The notes beneath the pieces are model-generated. The model had not been told where the DNA came from, searched no databases, and saw only the letters and a program-made list of their open reading frames with translations. This document shows, piece after piece, positions 34,887-43,345 of a stretch of 64,000 nucleotides of DNA. This DNA comes from Acutalibacteraceae bacterium (GTDB lineage Bacteria; Bacillota; Clostridia; Christensenellales; UBA1242): contig CAVCHC010000001.1 in NCBI GenBank assembly GCA_963602035.1, positions 25,351 to 89,350 on the forward strand, written 5' to 3'. The position numbers and the translations under genes are program-made. Within the stretch, counting starts at the first letter, position 1, and every line of letters begins with the position of its first letter.

Positions 34887-35534
34887 ATGGCAACTATGCA
34901 ACAAATAAGCGAACTCCGCGAAAAAACTGGGGTTGGCGTTCTTCAATGTAAAGAAGCACTTTTAGCTTGCAATGACAATATCGAAAAGGCGATTGATTAT
35001 CTTCGCGAAAAGGGTATTGCCGGCGCGGCTAAAAAAGAGGGCAGAATTGCGGCTGAGGGCGTTTGTGACACTTACGTTCATGGCAATGGCAAAATCGCAT
35101 GTATGATCGAAGTAAACTGTGAAACAGATTTCGTTGCGAAGTCTGACGCATTTAAGGCGCTTGTTCACGACCTTTTGCTTCACATCGCTGCGTGCAACCC
35201 ACTTTTTGTTAGCGATGCAGAGGTTGACCAAGAGCTTATCGCCAAAGAACGCGAAATCTATCGCGCACAGGCTTTAAACGAGGGCAAACCAGAAGCCGTT
35301 GTTGACAAGATGGTTGAAGGCCGAGTTAAGAAATACCTTAAAGAGGTTTGCTTGCTTGACCAACCATTTGTTAAAGACCCAAGCAAAGACATTCGTACGC
35401 TTATTAACGAAGCTATCGCTAAAATCGGCGAGAAGATAACGGTTCGCCGTTTCGTTCGCTGGGTTATGGGCGAAGGCCTTCAAAAGCGCAGTGAAAACTT
35501 CGCTGAGGAAATCGCAAAAGCAACCAAAGCGTAA
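34887..35534 (+). CDS. tsf: elongation factor Ts (short form)
   Basis: ELREKTGVGVLQCKEAL UBA-like N-terminus, 215 aa. Confidence 0.95.
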   Translation: MATMQQISELREKTGVGVLQCKEALLACNDNIEKAIDYLREKGIAGAAKKEGRIAAEGVCDTYVHGNGKIACMIEVNCETDFVAKSDAFKALVHDLLLHIAACNPLFVSDAEVDQELIAKEREIYRAQALNEGKPEAVVDKMVEGRVKKYLKEVCLLDQPFVKDPSKDIRTLINEAIAKIGEKITVRRFVRWVMGEGLQKRSENFAEEIAKATKA

Positions 35535-35548
35535 TAAAAAGCTTATTA

Positions 35549-35588
35549 AGCACCAATGTGGCACAACCGCCCGTTGGTGTTTTTTTGT
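35549..35588 (+). terminator. intrinsic terminator after tsf
   Basis: Stem caccaa...ttggtg followed by T8. Confidence 0.7.
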
Positions 35589-35652
35589 TGCCTTTTTGCG
35601 GAGTAACGTATGTTAAAATTGACATTGTTAAAGTTATACTCTCTATCCTTTC

Positions 35653-35950
35653 CCCAACTCCGCCCCCTTTAGGGGGAGGGTGGTCGAACGTAGTGTGGAG
35701 CGGAGTGAGACGGAGGGGTTAATCAGTCCGCAGAAAAAACGAGAATATTATAAAGTGGCTGAGATTACCACGTCGGCCTTGCCTCCTCGTAATGACAAAA
35801 ATAATACCACAATAAAAAAATACTCTATGTTTATCAATATTGACTTACATAGAGTATTTTCTTTTTTCGAGTTGCCTTATTAACCCCTCCGTCACGCCAT
35901 CCCTCCACGGTCGGCGTGCCCACCCTCCCCCTGAAGGGGGCGGAGTTGGG
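35653..35950 (-). mobile_element. MITE-like nested-palindrome element (gene-less copy, inverted core)
   Basis: Arms cccaactccgccccctttagggggagggtgg ... ccaccctccccctgaagggggcggagttggg. The core is the reverse complement of the 6023-6399 core, with module A at 35758-35797 and the hairpin aaaatactctatgt/acatagagtatttt. Confidence 0.8.
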
Positions 35951-36144
35951 AAGTGTATGGGGAGATTTCTCTCTATAAGGATATTAACCAGGCAGATAGT
36001 TTTAGAAACGTCAGCAAGCGTAAATATATTTACAACAAACACTGACTGAAACGCAGTGGAAGTTTGGTGAGAGGTAAATGTATTTACGCGGATAAGATAA
36101 ATAATACTAAAAAATAAAAATCAATATTTCAACTTTAAACTTTC
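35951..36144. repeat. module E plus inverted AAAGTTK array
   Basis: Conserved junction gtgtatggggagattt, module E 36017-36091, array 36127-36144. Confidence 0.8.
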
Positions 36145-36179
36145 CGCGTTGTGACGACGCAACGAGGAGGTGGTAAACG

Positions 36180-36208
36180 TTGACAAAAGCGGGGGTTTAG
36201 GATAAAAT
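36180..36208 (+). promoter_or_regulatory. possible promoter of the lipid kinase gene
   Basis: TTGACA-17-TAAAAT with spacer aaagcgggggtttagga. The -10 ends only 6 nt before the ATG, so either the transcript is leaderless or the real promoter is elsewhere. Confidence 0.4.
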
Positions 36209-36214
36209 AGGGGT

Positions 36215-37183
36215 ATGAAAATTAAAAAAGTTTTTATGATTTATAACAGTGGCGCGGGTAAGAATAGGTCGCAGGTTCGCGCGAAAGAGATTGAGGGGCT
36301 TTTATCGGCGCGCGGGGTTGACTGCGTTTTGTTTGAAAGCAACAACAAGGCGGCCGACGCGCAGTTTGCGCTTATGGTTAAAGACGCGCAGGAATTGGGC
36401 GACGACGGGCTGTGCGTTGTTGTTTTGGGCGGCGATGGCACGCTTGGGGCGATAGTGCGCTCGATGGTAAACAGTGGGGTAGACGTGCCTGTTGCGGTGT
36501 TTCCGTGTGGCACGGCTAACGACTTTGCAACGGCCGGAAGGATACCCAAAAAGGCCGCTAAATTTGTTGACTTTTTATTCAGCACAGAGCCGCAATACAC
36601 GGATATTGCTGTGGTTTCGGGCGTAGACAGCGTGCAAAAAGAGGCCACTTCAACTATCGCTATCAACGCGGTGGGTGCGGGCAATTTTTCAAACGGCGTG
36701 ACGGTTTATAACACTAAGGCGAAAAAGGCGTTCGGCGTTTTGGGCTATTATTTTGGCTGTGTTCGCGAGTTTTTTCGTATGAAGTCGTGCGAGCTAACGT
36801 TTAACTGTGACGGCGAAAAAGTTAAGGCAGACACGTTGATGTTTTATCTTGTTAATTCGCCACGCGCGGGCGGGTTTGGCCATTTTGCGCCAGATGCCAA
36901 GATAAACGATGGCAAGTTTGAACTGGTTATCGTTAAAAAGACGGGGTTTTGGGGGTGCTTGTCAGTGTTTAACGCTGTCCGTCACGGTAAGGCAGACAAA
37001 AACAAGCATATCATAACGCGGTCGGTTAAAAATGTTACCGTTAGCGGCGGCGAACAACACCCAAAGTTTTTCAGGTGCGACATTGACGGAAACGCAGGGC
37101 CAGAGGGCACACTTAAAGTAAGCATCAAGAAAAACAAAATCCGCATTTTCAGTAACCTTAAAGCCGAAAGCAACAAAAAATAA
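36215..37183 (+). CDS. diacylglycerol/lipid kinase family protein (YegS/DagK-like)
   Basis: DAGK catalytic motif VVVLGGDGTLGAIV, 322 aa. Confidence 0.8.
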   Translation: MKIKKVFMIYNSGAGKNRSQVRAKEIEGLLSARGVDCVLFESNNKAADAQFALMVKDAQELGDDGLCVVVLGGDGTLGAIVRSMVNSGVDVPVAVFPCGTANDFATAGRIPKKAAKFVDFLFSTEPQYTDIAVVSGVDSVQKEATSTIAINAVGAGNFSNGVTVYNTKAKKAFGVLGYYFGCVREFFRMKSCELTFNCDGEKVKADTLMFYLVNSPRAGGFGHFAPDAKINDGKFELVIVKKTGFWGCLSVFNAVRHGKADKNKHIITRSVKNVTVSGGEQHPKFFRCDIDGNAGPEGTLKVSIKKNKIRIFSNLKAESNKK

Positions 37184-37258
37184 ATGCGGCTGAATTTATT
37201 TGTTGGTAATACCATAAACGCTAAGGGCTAACAAAAAAGCGGGGCTGAATTTAATTTC
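37171..37258 (+). repeat. direct repeat of the gene end and stop region
   Basis: caacaaaaaaTAAatgcggctgaatttatttg versus taacaaaaaagcggggctgaatttaatttc, 58 bp apart. Confidence 0.6.
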
Positions 37259-37405
37259 TATCGCCGCGCGCGCGAACCTAAACAGGCGATGAAAGTGGAT
37301 GAAAAATAAAAAGTCAAACAAATAAGTCAAAATTATTTGGAAAAAAGCGTAATATTTAGTATACTCGAAGAGAATAATCGTTATAGCGATTGTAAGGAGA
37401 AAATT

Positions 37406-37978
37406 ATGATTGAATCAAACAATGTTGAAGAAATTTTTATGGAACTTGAAATGGGGCTTGAAAAACAAATCGAGCACTTTAAAACCGAGCTTAACAACGT
37501 GCGTGCGGGTCGCGCTAACCCACATATTTTAGACAAAATCACGGTGGACTATTACGGTGCGCCAACGCCTCTTGCGCATATTTCTAACATAAGCGTTCAA
37601 GACGGCCGCATTTTGGTTATCTCGCCTTGGGACAGCAGTCTTGTTAAGGCTATCAACAAAGAAATTATGGCAAGCGACATCGGCATAACTCCAAGCGACG
37701 ACGGCCGCGTTATCCGCCTTGCGTTCCCTCAACTTACCGAAGAGAGGCGCCGCGAACTTGTTAAGTCTACCAAAAAAATGGCCGAAGACAACAAGGTTAT
37801 CTGCCGCAACATTCGTCGTGACGCGATGGAAGAGCTTAAAAAGCTTAAAAAAGACAGCGCTATAACCGAAGACGATTTGGCGTCATTTGAAAAAGACGTT
37901 CAAAAGTCGCTTGACGCTAAAATCGCCGAGATAGACAAGATTATGGCTAACAAAGAAGCCGAAATTATGCAGGTTTAG
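37406..37978 (+). CDS. frr: ribosome recycling factor
   Basis: VRAGRANPHILDKITVDYYG... RBS AAGGAGA precedes the ATG at 37406. Confidence 0.94.
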   Translation: MIESNNVEEIFMELEMGLEKQIEHFKTELNNVRAGRANPHILDKITVDYYGAPTPLAHISNISVQDGRILVISPWDSSLVKAINKEIMASDIGITPSDDGRVIRLAFPQLTEERRRELVKSTKKMAEDNKVICRNIRRDAMEELKKLKKDSAITEDDLASFEKDVQKSLDAKIAEIDKIMANKEAEIMQV

Positions 37979-38042
37979 TGCACATTTTTGTGAAATACGC
38001 TTGATTTTTTGGCAGAAAGACTAAGAAATCAAAGGAAATGTT

Positions 38043-38765
38043 ATGTTTTTTAAAAAGAAAAATAAACACAATGCGATTGACTTAAATAATTTGCCTACGC
38101 ACGTAGGTTTTATTATGGATGGCAACCGCAGATGGGCGCGAAAACGCGGATTACCGACCCTTGCGGGGCACAAAGAAGGGGCAGAGGCGCTTAAACGAAT
38201 TGTTAGGCGCGCAAGCGAGATTGGCCTTAAAAACCTGTCGTTTTTCTGCTTTTCAATAGAGAATTTTAAGCGCAGCGAAGAAGAGGTAAACTACCTTCTT
38301 AAAATGATTGGCGAGATTGAAAAATTGGTGCCTGATATGCTTAAAATTGACTATAAATTTCACCATTCTGGGGACAAAACTTTGCTTCCGCCTGAGACGG
38401 TTGAGTGCATTTCGCGCATTGAAAAGGCCACCGAAAACTGTAAGACGGGCGTGCTTAACTTTCTTATCGCGTATGGCGGGCGTCATGACCTTGTGATGGC
38501 AACCAAGGCGATGATTAAGGCCAACGTTGACCCCGAAACCATCACCGAAGAGAGCATAAAAAACTATCTTACAACGTCTTCGCTGCCTGATGTTGACCTT
38601 GTTGTTAGAACCAGCGGCGAGCAGCGTATCAGCGGCTTTATGCTTTATAACTGCGCGTATGCAGAGATGATTTTTGACGAAAAATACTGGCCAGACTATA
38701 AGGGGGCTGACCTTGACCGCGTTATCGCCATTTACCAAAATCGCGAGCGCAGGTTTGGGAGGTAG
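38043..38765 (+). CDS. uppS: isoprenyl transferase (undecaprenyl diphosphate synthase)
   Basis: HVGFIMDGNRRWA and RTSGEQRISGF motifs. Confidence 0.94.
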   Translation: MFFKKKNKHNAIDLNNLPTHVGFIMDGNRRWARKRGLPTLAGHKEGAEALKRIVRRASEIGLKNLSFFCFSIENFKRSEEEVNYLLKMIGEIEKLVPDMLKIDYKFHHSGDKTLLPPETVECISRIEKATENCKTGVLNFLIAYGGRHDLVMATKAMIKANVDPETITEESIKNYLTTSSLPDVDLVVRTSGEQRISGFMLYNCAYAEMIFDEKYWPDYKGADLDRVIAIYQNRERRFGR

Positions 38766-38835
38766 GAATGCGCAACCTGTATAAGTTTGGGCTTAAAAAA
38801 TTGGTTTCAACGAGGCCTTTAAAGGGGGAAAAGGG

Positions 38836-39741
38836 ATGCTAAAACGCACTTTAACTGGGCTTGTTATTCTTATTTTGCTTGCGGGCGGGCTTGCGCTTAG
38901 GCTGGTTAGCCCGTGGTTTTTTGACGCGTTTATCTTAATATTAACGTACGCGTGCATAATCGAGATGTTTATGGCGTATAAGGTGGCAAATCGCAAATTT
39001 TTTAAGGTGCCACTGTTTTTGCTGCCAGTTGGGCTGATGTTTATTTTTAAGTGGACAAGTAGGCCGTTTATGTGGCTTATCGCCGCGTTTTTGGGGCTGT
39101 TTTTGATTTGTATGCTTAGCGAACTTATCATTTACGCAAGCCGCAGGAAGCACGAAAATCAAGAGGCTAACACCAAAGAAAACGTGGCGCGCCCGCTACT
39201 TGACTTAACCAAAACGACGATGACGGTGGCGGTTTATCCAACGCTAATTTTGTCTTCGCTGTTTGGCATTAACAACTTTGGGCTTAACGCGGGGTTTGTT
39301 GGGCTTATTATGACGTTTGCGGTTAGTATGTTCACCGACGTTTTTGCCTATGTTTTTGGCGTTTTGTTTGGCCAAAAGGGCAAGTCGCATAGGTTGGCGC
39401 CAGAGGTTTCGCCTAAAAAGAGTGTTGTTGGCTTTGTTTTTGGCATAGTTGGCGGCCTTATCGCGGGCGGCGTGGGGTACGTGTTGTTTGTGTACCTTGG
39501 CCTATTTGGCGCGTTTGGCGGGGTGAGTATGGGCGCTGCGATTGCGTTTTTTGCGGTTTTGGGCGTTGTTGGCGCGCTGCTTACACAGATGGGCGACCTT
39601 GTTGCAAGCGCGTTTAAGCGTGAGGTTGGGCTTAAAGATTTTGGCAATATTTTTCCGGGGCACGGCGGGTTTATGGACAGGTGTGACGGCCAAATGTTTA
39701 CCGCGGCGCTTGTTTATTGCTTGATGCTTATTGTTTTTTAA
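38836..39741 (+). CDS. cdsA: phosphatidate cytidylyltransferase
   Basis: Polytopic membrane protein with the C-terminal signature SAFKREVGLKDFGNIFPGHGGFMDRCDG. Confidence 0.88.
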   Translation: MLKRTLTGLVILILLAGGLALRLVSPWFFDAFILILTYACIIEMFMAYKVANRKFFKVPLFLLPVGLMFIFKWTSRPFMWLIAAFLGLFLICMLSELIIYASRRKHENQEANTKENVARPLLDLTKTTMTVAVYPTLILSSLFGINNFGLNAGFVGLIMTFAVSMFTDVFAYVFGVLFGQKGKSHRLAPEVSPKKSVVGFVFGIVGGLIAGGVGYVLFVYLGLFGAFGGVSMGAAIAFFAVLGVVGALLTQMGDLVASAFKREVGLKDFGNIFPGHGGFMDRCDGQMFTAALVYCLMLIVF

Positions 39742-39753
39742 GGAGTTACGGCT

Positions 39754-41010
39754 TTGATTAAGATACTTTATATACTTGTTGCTATCATTGTTTTGATGAT
39801 ACTTATAACCGTCCACGAGTTTGGCCATTACACGTTTGGCAAACTTTTGGGCTTTAAAATTGACGAATTTTCAATTGGTTTTGGCAAACACGCCATCTTT
39901 CAAAAAACCAACAAAAAGGGCGAAAAGTTTTCAATTCGCCTTATTCCGCTTGGCGGGTATTGCGCGTTTGCGGGCGAGGACGAAGAGAACCCTGACCCCG
40001 GCGCGTTTAACAACCAAAAGGCATGGAAGCGCCTTATTGTGACGCTGGGCGGCGTGTTTTTTAACTTTGTTTTTGGCATAATTATGAGCGCGATTTTTTT
40101 GATGGTGTCTGGCTACGCGGTGCCTAAGGTTTATCAGTTGGCGCCAAACAACACCTACTTAAAGACAGGCGACATTATTCACAAAGTTAATGGCAAAAGC
40201 CTTGAAATTTATCGCCATATGAGCGATATTACGTCTGGCATCGCGGAGGGGAAAGACATTGTTTTGACCATCGAGCGTGACGGCCAGATTATGGACATAA
40301 CGGTTCAAAAACAAAACTATGACGCCTTTTATTACGTTGGCAATTTCGCGGGAGTTGCGGGCAATATTTATGACGTTGGCGGAAATGTGGTAACTGAAAG
40401 CGACCTGCGCGAGTACCTTGCGGCGATTTCGCCAGTGTTAAACGAAGACGGGACGTACCAAAAACTTGAAATCCCTGAGGGCACTTTTCAATATAAAGAC
40501 GCCGATGGAAGTTTTAAAAACTATCTAAGCGCCGACCTTATTTCAAAGGCGGGCATATCGATTGCTCCAAAAGGGGTAAGCCTTGGGTTTGTGTACACCA
40601 GTTACGCGCAAAGTTACGGCTTTTTTGAGTCCCTTGGCAAGGCGTGGCCATTTGCATTCTATATCTGCGGCGTGATTTTAAGCGCGCTTCTAGGGATCTT
40701 TACGGGCGCAACAAAACTTAAAGACCTTGGCGGCACGGTGACGGCGATTGGCCAGATTGCCGAGGTTTCACAAATGGGCTTTACGCAATTTTTGATGCTG
40801 TTTCCTTTATTGTCTTTCAACCTGGCGCTGTTTAACGTTTTGCCTATTCCAGCGCTTGACGGGGCAAGGGCGGTGTTTATCTTAATCGAGATGATATTTA
40901 GAAAGCCTGTGCCGCGAAAAATCGAGGGCATTATCCACACGGTTGGGCTTATCGTGCTGTTTGCGCTTGTTATCTTTCTTGACGTTTATCACTTTTTCTT
41001 CGTGCGGTAA
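39754..41010 (+). CDS. rseP: RIP metalloprotease RseP/RasP (M50)
   Basis: HEFGH zinc motif, a PDZ-like middle region, and NVLPIPALDG near the C-terminus. TTG start. Confidence 0.88.
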   Translation: MIKILYILVAIIVLMILITVHEFGHYTFGKLLGFKIDEFSIGFGKHAIFQKTNKKGEKFSIRLIPLGGYCAFAGEDEENPDPGAFNNQKAWKRLIVTLGGVFFNFVFGIIMSAIFLMVSGYAVPKVYQLAPNNTYLKTGDIIHKVNGKSLEIYRHMSDITSGIAEGKDIVLTIERDGQIMDITVQKQNYDAFYYVGNFAGVAGNIYDVGGNVVTESDLREYLAAISPVLNEDGTYQKLEIPEGTFQYKDADGSFKNYLSADLISKAGISIAPKGVSLGFVYTSYAQSYGFFESLGKAWPFAFYICGVILSALLGIFTGATKLKDLGGTVTAIGQIAEVSQMGFTQFLMLFPLLSFNLALFNVLPIPALDGARAVFILIEMIFRKPVPRKIEGIIHTVGLIVLFALVIFLDVYHFFFVR

Positions 41011-41135
41011 ACGGCGGACAATGCCGCTTTATATATAAGCAAATTATATTTAAGCAAAACGGCGAACAAACCTGCTATATATAAGCAAAACGGCGAGTTA
41101 GGCTGGTTAATATAATGTAAAACGGCGTAATGCTA
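41004..41135 (+). repeat. 4 tandem units that reiterate the rseP end and stop
   Basis: gcggTAAacggcggacaatgccgctttatatataa / gcaaaacggcgaacaaacctgctatatataa / gcaaaacggcgagttaggctggttaatataat / gtaaaacggcgtaatgc... Confidence 0.75.
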
Positions 41136-41146
41136 AATTGTTTGAT

Positions 41147-41252
41147 TGGCGGGCGGCCGAACGCGGTATTTTAATCGTGACAAGGTGGCGGGCGCGCTTT
41201 TGGCAAAACTAAAATAGGTGTCGGGCGCGTTTTGGGTTTAACTAAAAAAGGG
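41147..41252 (+). repeat. 3 degenerate tandem units (33-39 bp) with a tgGCGGGCG core
   Basis: Units start at 41147, 41186 and 41219 (tggcgggcggcc.., tggcgggcgcgc.., tgtcgggcgcgt..). Confidence 0.65.
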
Positions 41253-41296
41253 CGCTGAGCCTTTCACAAATGCAATTGAATTAACAAAGGACAATT

Positions 41297-42970
41297 ATGA
41301 ATATTGACGAAATTTTAACTGACATTAATGCAAAAACGGGTGGCGAGTATGGGTTCGCGCTTAGGGGCTCTGTGCTGCGCGAGGGGAACCTTTGTGACCT
41401 TGACATAAGCTATAAAGATGGCTGCATTCTAGGCAAAGACAAGCGCCAAGAGCTTACGTTTGAGATTATGAAAAACCTGCCCGCGGGCTATATTTATAAC
41501 ATCAAATTCACCAAAAACTATGTAACCGAAGAGACGGTTAAGCGTGAGATTGAGCGGCTTGTACGGATGAAATTTCCGGCGCTTATCTACCAGTTTGAGG
41601 GGTTTGTTGAGGGCGACCCCGCGCGCGTTATCATCCGCATTGATGAGCGGCTTGAAGACTACATCAAAACCAAAAACGTGGGCGGCGAGTTTGAAACGGC
41701 CTTGCACCACGCGTTCTTTTCAAATTTTAAGGTTGAGTTTATCAAAGACACCGAGTTTGACGACCTGGTTGACGACGTTTATGACGACCCAACCGATTTT
41801 GAGCCTGTTGCGCCAAAAACGCTTACCGTGACGGACGTCAGCCCGCTTTGTGGCGAATTGGTTGGCGACACGGCGGGGCTTATTAAAAACCATAAGGTGG
41901 TTACGCCTAACGCCATTCTTTGTGGCAAAATTAAGTTTTTGAAAGTTAGCGACATTAAGAAAAAGTCGGGCGAGGAAGCCACTGGGTCGGCTGAACATGA
42001 AAAAACGGCGGGGACAGCTGGGGCGACTGCAAGCGTAACCGAAAGCGAAAAAACTGGCGAAAACGCCGACGCAAGCGAGAAAGCGGGCGAAAGTGGCGCG
42101 CAACCGTACGTTAAAAAGTATCTTAAATTCGTGCTTGAAGACCCGACGGGCGAGATTAACTGCATCTATTTTACAACCAAAACGACCCAGCCGGCCGCGC
42201 TTAAACTTGACAATAACAGCGAGATTATCGCAAGCGGCGCCATCGAGGAAGACAAATTTTCGGGCGGGGTTACGTTTAAAATCAAGAACATCAACCTGTG
42301 CATTGTGCCGAAAAACTATGAGGAGCCGGTGGTGTTTAAACCCGAGCCTAAGGAGTATCGCTTTTGCAAGCCCGAGCCATATATTGACCGCAAGCAGGTT
42401 GACCTGTTTTCGGCGTTTAATGTTGATGACGCGGCGGTGGCGCCGTATCTGGCAAGTCACGACGTGGTGGTTTTTGACTTTGAGACCACGGGGCTTTCGG
42501 CCACTGACTGCAAAATTATCGAAATTGGCGCCGTAAAGATTCATAATGGTAAGATAACTGAGCAGTTTGAGACCTTTGTTGACCCCGAAGAGCACATCGC
42601 GGATGACAGCACCAAAATTCACGGTATTGTTGACAGCGACGTTGCGGGCGCGCCGACATACCAGCAGGCGCTGGCCGACTTTTATAAATTCACGCGAAAC
42701 TCTACGCTGGTTGCGTATAACATCGCGTTTGATTACAGCTTTTTAAGCAAGTATGGCCGCGAGGCGGGGTATAACTTTGACAACCCTCAAATCGACGCGC
42801 TTAAAGTTGCAACCACGTTTGTTAAGGGCGTAAGGAACTATAAGCTTAAAACGATTGCCGACCATCTTGGCGTGCTTTTAGACAACGCACACCGCGCCGT
42901 TTATGACGCCATCGCAACCGCCGAGGTGTTTATCAAACTTGCTGACCACCTCACCGATGCCGGCCTTTAA
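41297..42970 (+). CDS. PolC-like N-terminal/OB-fold/DEDDh 3-prime-5-prime exonuclease protein with no polymerase or PHP domain
   Basis: Exo motifs VVFDFETTGL, VAYNIAFDYSF, HRAVYDAIATAEVF in the C-terminal 190 aa. A central OB-like segment (KFVLEDPTGEINCIYF..GVTFKIKNI) is interrupted by an acidic/Gly-rich insert. It sits where polC lies in Bacillus. Confidence 0.7.
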   Translation: MNIDEILTDINAKTGGEYGFALRGSVLREGNLCDLDISYKDGCILGKDKRQELTFEIMKNLPAGYIYNIKFTKNYVTEETVKREIERLVRMKFPALIYQFEGFVEGDPARVIIRIDERLEDYIKTKNVGGEFETALHHAFFSNFKVEFIKDTEFDDLVDDVYDDPTDFEPVAPKTLTVTDVSPLCGELVGDTAGLIKNHKVVTPNAILCGKIKFLKVSDIKKKSGEEATGSAEHEKTAGTAGATASVTESEKTGENADASEKAGESGAQPYVKKYLKFVLEDPTGEINCIYFTTKTTQPAALKLDNNSEIIASGAIEEDKFSGGVTFKIKNINLCIVPKNYEEPVVFKPEPKEYRFCKPEPYIDRKQVDLFSAFNVDDAAVAPYLASHDVVVFDFETTGLSATDCKIIEIGAVKIHNGKITEQFETFVDPEEHIADDSTKIHGIVDSDVAGAPTYQQALADFYKFTRNSTLVAYNIAFDYSFLSKYGREAGYNFDNPQIDALKVATTFVKGVRNYKLKTIADHLGVLLDNAHRAVYDAIATAEVFIKLADHLTDAGL

Positions 42971-43050
42971 CCGCCTTGCATCGCTTGTAATGACAAATCA
43001 CAGATTGTTTATAAGCCATCCTAATAATACAAGGGGTGGTTTTTTATTTT

Positions 43051-43109
43051 TAAAGTTAAAAGTTGAAATATTGCTGAGATTAATATTGTCATTGCGACGA
43101 CGGGGTGGC
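43051..43109 (+). repeat. AAAGTTR array plus truncated module A
   Basis: taaagttaaaagttgaaatattgctgagattaatattgtcattgcgacgacggggtggc. Confidence 0.7.
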
Positions 43110-43223
43110 TTTTTTTATGCGGAATTTTTGGGAAGGAGTATTATTGATTTTATGTGAGAGATTTTGTGGGGGGAGTTGCGGGTTTGTTGGGGGAAAATTT
43201 GGCGGGAATTTTGGGGAAGGGTA

Positions 43224-43252
43224 TTGACAAATCGGGGGTTGTTTGCTAAACT
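43224..43252 (+). promoter_or_regulatory. promoter of Cys/His-repeat gene 1
   Basis: TTGACA-17-TAAACT, preceded by seven G-runs (43168-43238). Confidence 0.6.
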
Positions 43253-43345
43253 TGTGGTCGATAAAAAAGGTAAACAAAATCAAATTAAATAGTTGCAAAT
43301 TTTGATTATGTGAATGAATACTACTTTAAGCTAAGGGGGGTAATT

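Noticed and set aside
41297-42970. Annotating this gene as polC (DNA polymerase III alpha, Gram-positive type).
   Set aside because: It is only 557 aa and has no PHP, palm, fingers or thumb regions. Only the exonuclease and putative N-terminal/OB parts are present.
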